IMG/VR virus record: IMGVR_UViG_3300036961_000217
Source of the DNA: an uncultured virus (IMG/VR IMGVR_UViG_3300036961_000217)
Lineage: Duplodnaviria > Heunggongvirae > Uroviricota > Caudoviricetes
Reading direction: 5' to 3' (one strand)
Length of the DNA: 64,000 bases
Shown here: positions 39,942 to 50,077 of the stretch, in pieces
How the letters are laid out: each line of letters starts with the position of its first letter
Numbering within the stretch: position 1 is the first letter of the stretch
Translations under genes and position numbers: made by a program
The notes under the pieces: model-generated
The model's database searches: none
The model's input: only the letters and a program-made list of their open reading frames with translations
What the model was told of the DNA's origin: nothing

Positions 39942-40672
39942 ATGCAAGGAGCAATCAGTAAAACGGTAAAAGTAATTCATGTTCAGGGTGCTAAGGACAT
40001 GAATGGTACGGCTTTGACGGCTAAATAATTTGGCCCTTCATACAGTAATGTATGTTGCAAACTCCGTGAACTCAGGGAAAACCCTAACGTAAAGACGAGG
40101 GCAATCCTGATCCAAGACTGTTGAAAAACAGTAAGGAGCAACGACCATCCCGAAAGGGAGTACACTCAAGCGAGTGGAAGCGCGGAGCATCCTAAACGGA
40201 TGATGATATGGTCTGTTCTTCATGGAAACATGAAGCAGCTCTTAATGAGCGGTCTGAGATTAGCGATCTTAGATGAACATAAAAGGAATGGATAAACCTC
40301 AAGAACGCAGAGAAAGTCCGTTGGATCATTTCCTGTGGTGTCATCAATGCCAGCTCGTCTGCGGCAGTTACTTTGACTCAGGCCACTTCTGATGGTGGGA
40401 CTCCTGCTTCTCTGAGTCTTGATACTTATGACTCGATTAGTGGTGAGACTGTGACAGCAACTGCTGTTACGTCCGATACTTTTAATATTGTCACTGGGCA
40501 TAGCAATACCACTATCGTTATTGAAGTCAAAGCAAGTGATCTGAATGTTACGGATGGCTATGATTGGGTTACGCTTAATATTGCTTCTCCTGGTGGCTAT
40601 TCTACGCTCTACTCGGTGACTGCTGAAGTTTCAAATCTCAAATATGGAAGTGGTGCGACCGTTTTAGCGTAA
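39942..40672 (+). CDS. Capsid-adjacent structural gene, spliced join(39942..40022,40286..40672), 155 aa
   Basis: RBS; MQGAISK...GTALTA/EWINLKNAEK...VTLTQATSD in frame after intron removal. Confidence 0.85.
40023..40285 (+). ncRNA. Group I intron, 263 nt, no internal ORF
   Basis: P1 with U.G at the splice site; P3 CTCCGTG/CGCGGAG; GGCAATCCTGA; P7 GACCAT/ATGGTC; P9; terminal G. Confidence 0.9.
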
Positions 40673-40751
40673 AATGTAATAATTCTAACACATTACAAGA
40701 AATGGTCACTATAGAAATATGGTGGCCATTTCTATTTCAAGGAAGGTGTTT

Positions 40752-41045
40752 ATGAAAGGTGTCTGGATTGAGTTGACTTCAGAGTGGTTGGGATCTCCTC
40801 CAGGAACTAAGAAACACGTTTGGGTTCATGTTGCCAAGGAACTTATTGGACGAGGAGTTGCAAAGGAGATAGATGTTGAGGCTGGAGCGACCCAATCGGA
40901 CGTGAACAGGAGGATTATTCACCATACTCAGAATGAATTGAAAGAGGAGATTCAGGAAGAAGTAAAAGCTGTTGAGACTCCTTCTCAAGACAAGATGATT
41001 CGCAGACCCAAGGTAGGAAAAATATCAGGTCGAACTAGCAGGTAA
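40752..41045 (+). CDS. Small head-region protein
   Basis: RBS; AKELIGRGVA...DKMIR; typical position after capsid genes. Confidence 0.7.
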   Translation: MKGVWIELTSEWLGSPPGTKKHVWVHVAKELIGRGVAKEIDVEAGATQSDVNRRIIHHTQNELKEEIQEEVKAVETPSQDKMIRRPKVGKISGRTSR

Positions 41046-41090
41046 TTAGTCTTCTACAACGGTTTAAACCCGCGAAGAAAGGAATAGGAA

Positions 41091-42002
41091 ATGGCTAAAA
41101 CTGAACTTTTTGTTAGAAAATATGGTGGTGGTGTTTTCTCGGTAGTGAATGAAACAATGACCACTGGCAATGTATGGTATGTCGATTCAGGGGCTGGAAC
41201 TGATTCTGCCGCTTATGGGAAAAATCCAGATACTCCTTTTGCTACTCTTGATTATGCCATTGGAAAGTGTACTGCAAGCAATGGAGATATTATTTTCGTT
41301 ATGCCTGGTCATGCAGAATCCATTGTAGGTGCATCAACTCTGACTTTGGACATAGCAGGAGTAAAAATCATTGGTCTTGGTAGTGGTTTGACGATTCCTA
41401 CTTTTACCTATACCACTGATGCTACAGCTACTTTTAATATTACCGCTGCTAATTGCCATGTCGAGAATATCTACTTGTATGCTAACTATACCGGAGGTGT
41501 TACGGCTGGTATCACCGTTGGTGCATTGGCAGACGGACTTGTTCTTAAGAATATTATTATGGAAGAAGGCGCGAACACAACCGAGTTTCTAATTGGAATC
41601 AGCATTGCCGATGCTTGCAATCATGTGACTATTGATGGTCTCAAATTCTATGGTGTTGCCGGTGGAACGGATTCAAGTTGCATTGTTCTTGCTGGAGCTT
41701 CTAATTTCTCTATCATTAAAAATTGCGAGATTTATGGAGACTTCTCTGGTGCTGTAATTGATGCAACTGGTGCTGCGTCTACGTTTTTGACACTGAAAGA
41801 TAACATCCTCCACAATGTAGATACTGGAGCGGGTCTTACTTTTTCTGCCCATTCTTCTACTACTGGAATTTGTGCAAATCTCGCTGCTTTTGGTAATTTA
41901 GACACAGCAACTCCTGTCGGAGCTGCAATGGCATTTTTCCAGAGTCTTGTTACTAATGCTGCTGGTGCTCAAGGAATTTACAAACCGGCTCAGGATAGTT
42001 AA
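41091..42002 (+). CDS. Beta-helix virion-type protein, paralog A
   Basis: YVDSG...PFATLDYA, GDIIFVMPGH, beta-helix-like repeats. Confidence 0.8.
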   Translation: MAKTELFVRKYGGGVFSVVNETMTTGNVWYVDSGAGTDSAAYGKNPDTPFATLDYAIGKCTASNGDIIFVMPGHAESIVGASTLTLDIAGVKIIGLGSGLTIPTFTYTTDATATFNITAANCHVENIYLYANYTGGVTAGITVGALADGLVLKNIIMEEGANTTEFLIGISIADACNHVTIDGLKFYGVAGGTDSSCIVLAGASNFSIIKNCEIYGDFSGAVIDATGAASTFLTLKDNILHNVDTGAGLTFSAHSSTTGICANLAAFGNLDTATPVGAAMAFFQSLVTNAAGAQGIYKPAQDS

Positions 42003-43568
42003 TTAATAATTTCAATTACTTAGTGAGTAAGACTATATTGATCTTCTACAACGGTTTAAACCCGCGAAGAAAGGAATAGGAAATGGCTAAAACTGAACTT
42101 TTTGTTAGGAAACAAAATGCCGGTGTATTCACCGCAGTAAATGAAGATTCAACAACTGGTAATATTTGGTGGGTAGATTCCGGGGCTACTTCTGGTGGTG
42201 CTGATTCAGCTGGATATGGAAAGAGTCCTGCCTCTCCATTTCTGACTCTCGACTATGCTGTTGGTAATTGTACTGCTAGTAATGGGGATGTGATCTATGT
42301 CATGCCTGGGCATGAGGAAGATTTGGTTGGGGCAACCTCTCTAACCCTCGATGTGGCTGGTATCAAAGTCGTTGGTTTGGGAAGTGGACTTTCTATCCCG
42401 AAGTTTACCTTGAAAACTGCTGCCGCTGCAACTGTAAATATCACCGCTGCTAATTGCCATGTCGAGAATATCTACTTGTATGCTAACTATACCGGAGGTG
42501 TTACGGCTGGTATCACCGTTGGTGCATTGGCAGACGGACTTGTTCTTAAGAATATTATTATGGAAGAAGGCGCGAACACAACCGAGTTTCTAATTGGAAT
42601 CAGCATTGCCGATGCTTGCAATCATGTGACTATTGATGGTCTCAAATTCTATGGTGTTGCCGGTGGAACGGATTCAAGTTGCATTGTTCTTGCTGGAGCT
42701 TCTAATTTCTCTATCATTAAAAATTGCGAGATTTATGGAGACTTCTCTGGTGCTGTAATTGATGCAACTGGTGCTGCGTCTACGTTTTTGACACTGAAAG
42801 ATAACATCCTCCACAATGTAGATACTGGAGCGGGTCTTACTTTTTCTGCCCATTCTTCTACTACTGGAATTTGTGCAAATCTCGCTGCTTTTGGTAATTT
42901 AGACACAGCAACTCCTGTCGGAGCTGCAATGGCATTTTTCCAGAGTCTTGTTACTAATGCTGCTGGTGCTCAAGGAATTTACAAACCGGCTCAGGATAGT
43001 TAATTAATAATTTCAATTACTTAGTGAGTAAGACTATATTGATCTTCTACAACGGTTTAAACCCGCGAAGAAAGGAATAGGAAATGGCTAAAACTGAACT
43101 TTTTGTTAGGAAACAAAATGCCGGTGTATTCACCGCAGTAAATGAAGATTCAACAACTGGTAATATTTGGTGGGTAGATTCCGGGGCTACTTCTGGTGGT
43201 GCTGATTCAGCTGGATATGGAAAGAGTCCTGCCTCTCCATTTCTGACTCTCGACTATGCTGTTGGTAATTGTACTGCTAGTAATGGGGATGTGATCTATG
43301 TCATGCCTGGGCATGAGGAAGATTTGGTTGGGGCAACCTCTCTAACCCTCGATGTGGCTGGTATCAAAGTCGTTGGTTTGGGAAGTGGACTTTCTATCCC
43401 GAAGTTTACCTTGAAAACTGCTGCCGCTGCAACTGTAAATATCACCGCTGCTAATTGCCATGTCGAGAATATCTACTTGTATGCTAACTATACCGGAGGT
43501 GTTACGGCTGGTATCACCGTTGGTGCATTGGCAGACGGACTTGTTCTTAAGAATATTATTATGGAAGA
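41442..43568 (+). repeat. Tandem duplication, period 1001 bp
   Basis: 41442..42567 appears identical to 42443..43568. Confidence 0.92.
42083..43003 (+). CDS. Beta-helix protein, chimeric paralog B
   Basis: N-terminal half equals C, C-terminal half equals A. Confidence 0.75.
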   Translation: MAKTELFVRKQNAGVFTAVNEDSTTGNIWWVDSGATSGGADSAGYGKSPASPFLTLDYAVGNCTASNGDVIYVMPGHEEDLVGATSLTLDVAGIKVVGLGSGLSIPKFTLKTAAAATVNITAANCHVENIYLYANYTGGVTAGITVGALADGLVLKNIIMEEGANTTEFLIGISIADACNHVTIDGLKFYGVAGGTDSSCIVLAGASNFSIIKNCEIYGDFSGAVIDATGAASTFLTLKDNILHNVDTGAGLTFSAHSSTTGICANLAAFGNLDTATPVGAAMAFFQSLVTNAAGAQGIYKPAQDS

Positions 43569-44004
43569 GTCAGCGAATACTACTGAGTTTCTAATTGGAA
43601 TCAGCATTGCCGATGCTTGCAATCATGTGACTATTGATGGCCTGCAGTTCTTTGGTGTTGATGGTGGCAGTAATACTCAGTGTATTATCTTTGCTGGAGT
43701 TTCCAATTTTTCGGTGGTTAGAAACTGCCTGATCTATGGAGACTTCTCTGGTGCCGCCATAGATGCTCTTACTAAAGCATCGACTTATATGACCATTGCC
43801 AACAATCTTGTTTGGAATACAGATACGACTGCAGCTTTGGTTATTTCAGTTAAATCTGATACGACTGGTATGATGGCATATAACTATTGTTTTGCTCCTA
43901 AAAACAACATCTGTCCTGCGGGTGCAGCGATGGCTTATGTACAGAACTTTACAACTAATGTTGCTAACAAAAATGGATTTTACCTCCCTGCTGTGGACTC
44001 CTAA
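43084..44004 (+). CDS. Beta-helix protein, paralog C
   Basis: Same motifs as A, divergent C-terminus. Confidence 0.8.
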   Translation: MAKTELFVRKQNAGVFTAVNEDSTTGNIWWVDSGATSGGADSAGYGKSPASPFLTLDYAVGNCTASNGDVIYVMPGHEEDLVGATSLTLDVAGIKVVGLGSGLSIPKFTLKTAAAATVNITAANCHVENIYLYANYTGGVTAGITVGALADGLVLKNIIMEESANTTEFLIGISIADACNHVTIDGLQFFGVDGGSNTQCIIFAGVSNFSVVRNCLIYGDFSGAAIDALTKASTYMTIANNLVWNTDTTAALVISVKSDTTGMMAYNYCFAPKNNICPAGAAMAYVQNFTTNVANKNGFYLPAVDS

Positions 44005-44299
44005 GCCGTTGACATTATTGACGATCTGAGTTGTAAATTGGGACTAGATACAACAATATCTAGCCCCTTTCACATTAACCTTCATGGATAGGTGAAATGT
44101 GCAAAATCAAAAGAGAGATTATAGCCGTTCGTCGCAATTTAAGATGGCTACTTGATCATGCAAATTCTGCAGAAGCTTTTGGTGACTGCTTTGATATACT
44201 TTCAAGATCGTATGAGATATTAAGATCTGTCGAATTGGAATGTTTGTCACAACAAAATAATCCACATAATTCTTGTCTTTTAAATGAAGGTAGATGATT

Positions 44300-44776
44300 A
44301 TGAAAAAGCTGGTTTGTATATTGGTTATTATAACTGCAATTTTCCCTTCTTTTGCTTTTGCTGCGGCTGGAACTTGGGGAACCCCTGTCACTTCAAATGT
44401 TGCGAGTGGTTCTGCATTCAAAACATGGAGTATTACCTTTACGGCAAGTGCAGATAACGCCACCATTCCTAACTACACGACTACTGCAACTGATCAGGCG
44501 TTTATGAAGGGCTATTGGTTATTTTACGTCGAAACAGATCCTGGGTCTGTAGCTCCAACCGATGATTACGACATAACTATCACGAACGCTGCTGGTAGAG
44601 ACATCATGGGTGGCGCTTTATCAGATCGTGGAAACGCTACGACTGAAGTAGCTTTCGCTATTGATGCAGGGTTAACCAAACATTCTCCTCCTATTGATGG
44701 TGCTTTGACTATTGCTGTTAGCAACAATTCTGTTAATTCAGCTAAATCAACTATTAAGTTTTTCCTTTTTAGATAA
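44300..44776 (+). CDS. Signal-peptide-bearing late protein
   Basis: MKKLVCILVIITAIFPSFAFA; T/A/G-rich beta-type mature part. Confidence 0.75.
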   Translation: MKKLVCILVIITAIFPSFAFAAAGTWGTPVTSNVASGSAFKTWSITFTASADNATIPNYTTTATDQAFMKGYWLFYVETDPGSVAPTDDYDITITNAAGRDIMGGALSDRGNATTEVAFAIDAGLTKHSPPIDGALTIAVSNNSVNSAKSTIKFFLFR

Positions 44777-44809
44777 TTTAAATTTATCAGAAGGGTAGGA
44801 GGACCATGG

Positions 44810-45028
44810 GTGGAGATTCTAGACTTTATCAAAACACTGCAAGTGCCAGGATTGATTTTGGCGGGGATTGTTATCTACCTGATGTACAAAATACTAATGG
44901 CCCAGTTAGATCGCAACTCTCAATTGGCCAATCAACTATCAGAAAACAATGCTACGTTGCGGGAAATGAATGCTCTAATATCTCAAGTCTGCCAAAAAGT
45001 GGGAGTGTATACTGGGGGCAGGCCATGA
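44810..45028 (+). CDS. Small membrane protein, holin candidate
   Basis: One TM segment plus coiled coil; start may be ~44806-44810. Confidence 0.45.
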   Translation: MEILDFIKTLQVPGLILAGIVIYLMYKILMAQLDRNSQLANQLSENNATLREMNALISQVCQKVGVYTGGRP

Positions 45029-45196
45029 ACTGGATTAAACAATTAATTATTTTATGGAAGGGAAGTGGGCATGATCATGTAATAGAGGAATCTCAATCTC
45101 TTAATAAACAAATTCGAATCTCAATTGAAAAGAATCGTGCTTGTTTGGACGGAGAAGATTTTTGGATGAAAAATAATCGTGAAAAGGTAACTCCAA

Positions 45197-45811
45197 ATGG
45201 AGACTAGAAAACTTCTTATCTCTACTTTTTGGCCATTATTATTAATAGTGTTCATTTTAATATTTACACTGGATTATTTTAGTATAATTGATACCGCTTT
45301 ACAAAATTATTCCATTGTTGTCATTTTATCTGTGATGTGTTCTGTGTTTTTTGCTTCCTGGTGGTTTTCACAAAGAGATGCGACTCACATATATAAGTGG
45401 CTAACCTTTTTCTTTGTATCAATTGGTGTTTCAAATACAATTCAATTTATAGCTAGGTTGTATTGGTTATATGATAGAATACAATATTTATCGTTTGTTG
45501 AATCTTTCATCTATCAATATCGTGGAATATGTGAAATATTTAGTCTTATTTTTATGTTGTCTTTTATAATGGCGCAAAGATACGGAGTCGATTCTCTATC
45601 TATTATCCCTAGCAATATAGCTGTTTTGGAATTTCGTCAAAATAGAAGAGGGGATTGGACATGGGAAATTACAACTGGTAGTGGAGAAGTCCTTTCTCAT
45701 GGCACTAGAAGGCCAACGAGAGCTAACTTAATTATTTCTAAAATTCATATTATAAAACAAAAGCCGAAAGAAGCGAAGATTATAGCTGAGTTTAAGGAGG
45801 AAAAGAAATGA
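45197..45811 (+). CDS. Multi-pass membrane protein
   Basis: About four hydrophobic segments. Confidence 0.7.
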   Translation: METRKLLISTFWPLLLIVFILIFTLDYFSIIDTALQNYSIVVILSVMCSVFFASWWFSQRDATHIYKWLTFFFVSIGVSNTIQFIARLYWLYDRIQYLSFVESFIYQYRGICEIFSLIFMLSFIMAQRYGVDSLSIIPSNIAVLEFRQNRRGDWTWEITTGSGEVLSHGTRRPTRANLIISKIHIIKQKPKEAKIIAEFKEEKK

Positions 45812-46047
45812 ACCCGATTCCTTTTATCTCAAGTATGATGTCTCAAGACAATGGAAATCCATCTTCTATGAGAGGTGTTTTGGTCTTTGGAGTTATAGTG
45901 ATTGTTGGTGCATGGGCTTTCATTTGTTTTTCTTCTAGAACTCTTGTTCCTTTTGATACTACGCATATTACTGTTCTTGGTATGTTGTTAGCCGGTAAGG
46001 TTGTTCAGAAATCTCAAGAAGAAAAGACAGGGGAGAAAAAACAATGA
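45808..46047 (+). CDS. Two-TM protein, holin candidate
   Basis: GNPSSMR, two TM segments, charged tail. Confidence 0.55.
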   Translation: MNPIPFISSMMSQDNGNPSSMRGVLVFGVIVIVGAWAFICFSSRTLVPFDTTHITVLGMLLAGKVVQKSQEEKTGEKKQ

Positions 46048-46358
46048 AAAGAATATTGTTTATTGTTTTTACAATATTGGTCTTTTCTTCTTTGTCTTAT
46101 GCCGCTCGATTAGTAAGCGATAATTCTACTGAATCACCGCAGACATGTGAGTTTGATGGTGTTTCAATTCCGTGTGTCCTTAACGCTCATGGTGGCATTG
46201 ATACTCCAGTTACTATTGCCGATCTTGGTGTTGGTACTAAGATCATTAAGGCCAGATATTGTGTCCAGGATGGCCTTTGGTGTTCGGAGTGGTCGAGCCC
46301 TTTATCGGTTACGGTTCCCGCTTTGAATCGACCGGGAACCATCAAATTATCGAAGTAG
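46044..46358 (+). CDS. Signal-peptide protein with two Cys pairs
   Basis: MKRILFIVFTILVFSSLSYA; CEFDGVSIPC, CVQDGLWC. Confidence 0.7.
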   Translation: MKRILFIVFTILVFSSLSYAARLVSDNSTESPQTCEFDGVSIPCVLNAHGGIDTPVTIADLGVGTKIIKARYCVQDGLWCSEWSSPLSVTVPALNRPGTIKLSK

Positions 46359-46374
46359 GAATCTGGAACTGGTA

Positions 46375-47616
46375 ATGAGTGAGATAGTAGCCCTCCGCAA
46401 AGAAAACGGCAAGATGTTTGATGCCGGGCGAGACGCCAAGAGTGGCAGGCCCAGCTACACGCTTGAGGCTAGGACTGGGCCGATCCACTACAAGGAAGAG
46501 TACAAAGATACCGACCCCTGGCTTGATCTGGATGAGACGTATTGTGAGGAGAGCAAGGCGGGATTGGTCTATCCCAAGATGCCGAACATCGTCACGGTGT
46601 TCCAGGACCGCTGTGGCTACCAGATTCAGTCCCGCTCGAATCCCGATCACATCGCCAGGGTCGAGCTGGTCTCCATCGATGGTCAGAACGTGACCGCCTG
46701 GCAGGATTCGGCAACACTCAAAGTCTATGCCCGAGTCCATCCATACCGAGTGGGCATCTGGAAGGACTTCTCAGGCGCAAGCAAAGCCAAGTCTACAACG
46801 ATGCGCTGGCGTGTGACTGAGCTGGGTAACGCCAAGAAAGATAGCCATCCGTTTGCATTCAGAGACCAGCCCGAAGCTTACAGTATTGCTGACCTGGCCA
46901 GCCTTGACCCCGAAGCGATGAAGAAGGCCAAGGTTGCCATCGAGACGGCCCGGACTCGGATCGACGACACCTCGTGGTACTGGGACGAGCTTATCCCGGC
47001 TGAGGCCAAGTTAGTTGACACTGACTGGCAGGTGGGGGTTGCGACGGACGATGGCCGGTGGTGCGGAAATTCGGAAAATCCGTACACTGGCTATGATCTT
47101 ACAATTGGTCAGGCTGGGCTTTTACATTACCGTAATTTCTATTTGTTTAGAAGTCTCGGAATACAGGGTGGCTCAACTATAAATAGTGCTTATGTGACCC
47201 TTCGTGCAAAAGGAAAAGGATATTTGCCGTGTTATGGTCGGCATACAGCAAAATTGGCGATCAATCCAGGCCCACCGACTAAACAGGCTGATGTTACCCC
47301 AAAGACGACAGCATACGTGGATTGGAGACGTGGTAGTTGGTTCACTAACACTAATTATAATTCACCAAGTCATGCAAGTATAGTTCAGGAAGTGGTGAAT
47401 CAATCAGGATTTTCGACAAGCAGCAACATACTCATGTTTGATTACGATAATGGTAGCTCGAACGGATACTATGTCATAAGTTATTCTTACAGTAATTCAT
47501 CAAGCTATGCTCCAAAATTGACCGTCACCTGGACTGAGCCCACCCTACGTGGGCACATCTATGTTCCAAACGTTTCCTGGCTTTCAAAATCACTTCTAAA
47601 ACGAAGGGAGATCTAA
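46375..47616 (+). CDS. Mosaic virion-type protein
   Basis: GC-rich N-terminal part, AT-richer C-terminal domain (INSAYVTL...PKLTVTW). Confidence 0.7.
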   Translation: MSEIVALRKENGKMFDAGRDAKSGRPSYTLEARTGPIHYKEEYKDTDPWLDLDETYCEESKAGLVYPKMPNIVTVFQDRCGYQIQSRSNPDHIARVELVSIDGQNVTAWQDSATLKVYARVHPYRVGIWKDFSGASKAKSTTMRWRVTELGNAKKDSHPFAFRDQPEAYSIADLASLDPEAMKKAKVAIETARTRIDDTSWYWDELIPAEAKLVDTDWQVGVATDDGRWCGNSENPYTGYDLTIGQAGLLHYRNFYLFRSLGIQGGSTINSAYVTLRAKGKGYLPCYGRHTAKLAINPGPPTKQADVTPKTTAYVDWRRGSWFTNTNYNSPSHASIVQEVVNQSGFSTSSNILMFDYDNGSSNGYYVISYSYSNSSSYAPKLTVTWTEPTLRGHIYVPNVSWLSKSLLKRREI

Positions 47617-47618
47617 CA

Positions 47619-48065
47619 ATGGCAGGTGTAATCGCGGTAGCCAATACCGCCGAGGTTGCCTTAACTGCTGCAACGGCCAAAACCGTGCTGCAATTGATCG
47701 CAGCGAGTAATCACCCCGTGAAGGTCAAATCTTGGGGCGTCTTCTTTGATGGGGCCAGCGTAACTGATGAACCCGTTCAGGTCCGCTTACTGCGCCAAAC
47801 CAGTGCCGGAACCATGTCATCCCTCACCCCGGTGGAACGCTCACTGACCGGTGTAACGCTGCAGACCACCGCGCAGCATACGGCCACGGAGGAACCATCG
47901 GCGGGCAATGTCCTCGCCGCACGCGAGGTTCACCCCCAGGGCGGCTATCAAGAAATTTTCCCCGCAGGCGATGAGGTTATGATCGGCTCTGCCGGTCGTT
48001 TGGGGATCGAATGCACTGCCCCGGCCAAGGTCAATGTTCGTGCCGAGATCGTCTTCGAGGAATAA
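47619..48065 (+). CDS. Putative structural protein
   Basis: VALTAATAKTVLQ; beta-rich. Confidence 0.7.
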   Translation: MAGVIAVANTAEVALTAATAKTVLQLIAASNHPVKVKSWGVFFDGASVTDEPVQVRLLRQTSAGTMSSLTPVERSLTGVTLQTTAQHTATEEPSAGNVLAAREVHPQGGYQEIFPAGDEVMIGSAGRLGIECTAPAKVNVRAEIVFEE

Positions 48066-48068
48066 GTC

Positions 48069-49109
48069 GTGATTCGCCCGGCATCCAAACGCAGCCCCTA
48101 CCTGCACCGCCCATGCGGGCAAACGACTGCCTCTTACGTCTATGAGGGCGATTGTACCCTCAGCATCACCCCCGAGCACAGTGAAGCTGCAACTTGGGCA
48201 CCATCGACTGAGGTTGCGCTCAGCCTTGCATCTGAGCATAGCATCATTCTGAGTGTTGCCACCACTGTCGAAGCTCAGGTTGCGCTCTCTCCGGAAAGCT
48301 TGCCAGGGCTGGTCGTCCTTCCGCCATCCGAAGTAACAATCACCGCCACTCCGCAATCAGGGACGCTCGCAGGCTTTGCGCCGGCAACCGAGAGCGCCGT
48401 TACCTTGGCACCACAAGGCTCTGTGGCCAACACCTTTGCTCCATCCTCAGAGCAATCGCTCAGTCTTCTCGGGGAAGCTCAAACACTCGTCTCTCTGAAT
48501 CCAGAAACGCTTCTTGAAGTGGCATTGGCACCAGAGCATGAGCTTCTCTTTGTCGCTTCCTGTGATGTGGAGGCCATTCTTTCCCTGACTCCCGAGCATG
48601 GTGTGGTCCTCGCCTTCGCTGCACTCACGGAAGCGACGGTCTCTCTCGTTCCAGAAGCGGACGTTACTACAACTATCCCAACAATCTATGAATACCTTGG
48701 GGAAGTATCCTGCTCGCTCAAGAGCGAACATTCCGTTTTGTTTGCGGCTCTTCCTTCAAGCCAGCTATCCGTCACGCTCTCTCCGGAGAGCATTGCGGCA
48801 ACGGCCTGGCAACCAAGCACGGATGTATCGCTCACCCTGCTGCCGGAGCATACCCCTGAAGTAGTTTTCGCCCCCTCACCCGAAATGCTGCTGATTCTCC
48901 AGCCAGAGCATTCACTCCTGGCCACCATGCAGGCTGACGCCGACCTCGTCTTAGCACTTTCTCCGGCCGGATCATTTCTCTTCATCACAAGCACTCCCTG
49001 GACCACGCTTTCCCTGGAACTCCTGATGGACCAGTACACGGCAACCCTTGCCGTAGAGCAGATCACAGCAACCCTGCAACCGGCAACCTATAGCGCAACC
49101 CTTGAATAG
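48069..49109 (+). CDS. Repeat-rich fibre-like protein
   Basis: Recurring ~23-aa E.xLsLxPEH units. Confidence 0.7.
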   Translation: MIRPASKRSPYLHRPCGQTTASYVYEGDCTLSITPEHSEAATWAPSTEVALSLASEHSIILSVATTVEAQVALSPESLPGLVVLPPSEVTITATPQSGTLAGFAPATESAVTLAPQGSVANTFAPSSEQSLSLLGEAQTLVSLNPETLLEVALAPEHELLFVASCDVEAILSLTPEHGVVLAFAALTEATVSLVPEADVTTTIPTIYEYLGEVSCSLKSEHSVLFAALPSSQLSVTLSPESIAATAWQPSTDVSLTLLPEHTPEVVFAPSPEMLLILQPEHSLLATMQADADLVLALSPAGSFLFITSTPWTTLSLELLMDQYTATLAVEQITATLQPATYSATLE

Positions 49110-49118
49110 GAGCAGCAC

Positions 49119-49517
49119 ATGGCGAAACTGGTGAATGAGGGAGAGAATAGAGTTCTCAACATCCTCTACGGTGAAACGGCAGTAGATGCCACCCTCTATC
49201 TCGGTCTCTACACCGATGAGACTGAGCCTGCAGAAACAGCTGGACTGGCCGATCTGACAGAGGTTTCCGGCACTGGCTATGAGCGAAAGGCTCTCACTCG
49301 CGGGAGCAACTGGACGATAACCGACGACCTGGCCAGTTACGCGCAGCAGATCTTCACGGCCGGCGGCGAATGGGGCCTTGTGTCGGGATATTTCATCGGC
49401 ACCAGCACCGATGATTCAGGCAAGTTGCTGTTTGTGGAACACTTCACCAACGGCCCCTATCCCATCTACAACAACGGCGACCAGGTCAAGGTAACGCCCA
49501 AGGTCCGGGCCGCATAA
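49119..49517 (+). CDS. Putative structural (fibre-associated) protein
   Basis: LYLGLYT...EVSGTGYER...GKLL motif. Confidence 0.75.
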   Translation: MAKLVNEGENRVLNILYGETAVDATLYLGLYTDETEPAETAGLADLTEVSGTGYERKALTRGSNWTITDDLASYAQQIFTAGGEWGLVSGYFIGTSTDDSGKLLFVEHFTNGPYPIYNNGDQVKVTPKVRAA

Positions 49518-49747
49518 CAAAGGAGAGCTCAATGAAAAAGTTTGTTCTGGCAATAGCCCTCTGTCTGGCACTTGGCGCCTGCACAGTCGATCAGGGCGGT
49601 CAAGGGCAATCGCATGACGATCCGCTGCAACTCGACCGACTGGTGGATTGTCGATCACAATGGCACTCTCACCGCCAGCTAAGGACCTGTAAGGACCTGC
49701 AAGGGGGGCTTGACGCCCCCCATATCTTTGGGAGGGAGGGGAATACC

Positions 49748-50066
49748 AATGGCAATTACCGTCTATCGTGGGGACGATAAAACTCTTACCGGCTATGTCA
49801 CCGATGCCAACAACCTGGCAATTAATATCACCGGCTGGACCCTGGTCTTCTCTGCTGCTCCCAAACGCGGCGACCCAGTCACATTCCAGATCAATGCTGT
49901 GATCACCGATGCCGCCGCCGGCAAATTCACCATCGATCTTTCCCGTGCAACCCACACCAAAGACGTCGCCCGCTATGTATTCGACATCCAGGCCACGACC
50001 CCAGACCACAAAGTGCACACCATCATAATGGACCAGCTATCCATTGTGCAGGATGTGACCCCATAA
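49748..50066 (+). CDS. BppU N-terminal-like structural protein
   Basis: VYRGDD...INITG...DAAAGKF...YVFDIQ...VQDVT. Confidence 0.65.
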
Positions 50067-50077
50067 AGGGATCTCCC

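Noticed and set aside
40026..40028. Stop-codon recoding to explain the early TAA in the 39942 ORF
   Set aside because: The TAA lies in the intron P1 loop, and all three stop codons end genes normally elsewhere
41091..44004. Diversity-generating retroelement template/variable repeat pair
   Set aside because: Copies are identical or generally diverged, without adenine-specific changes; no reverse transcriptase seen
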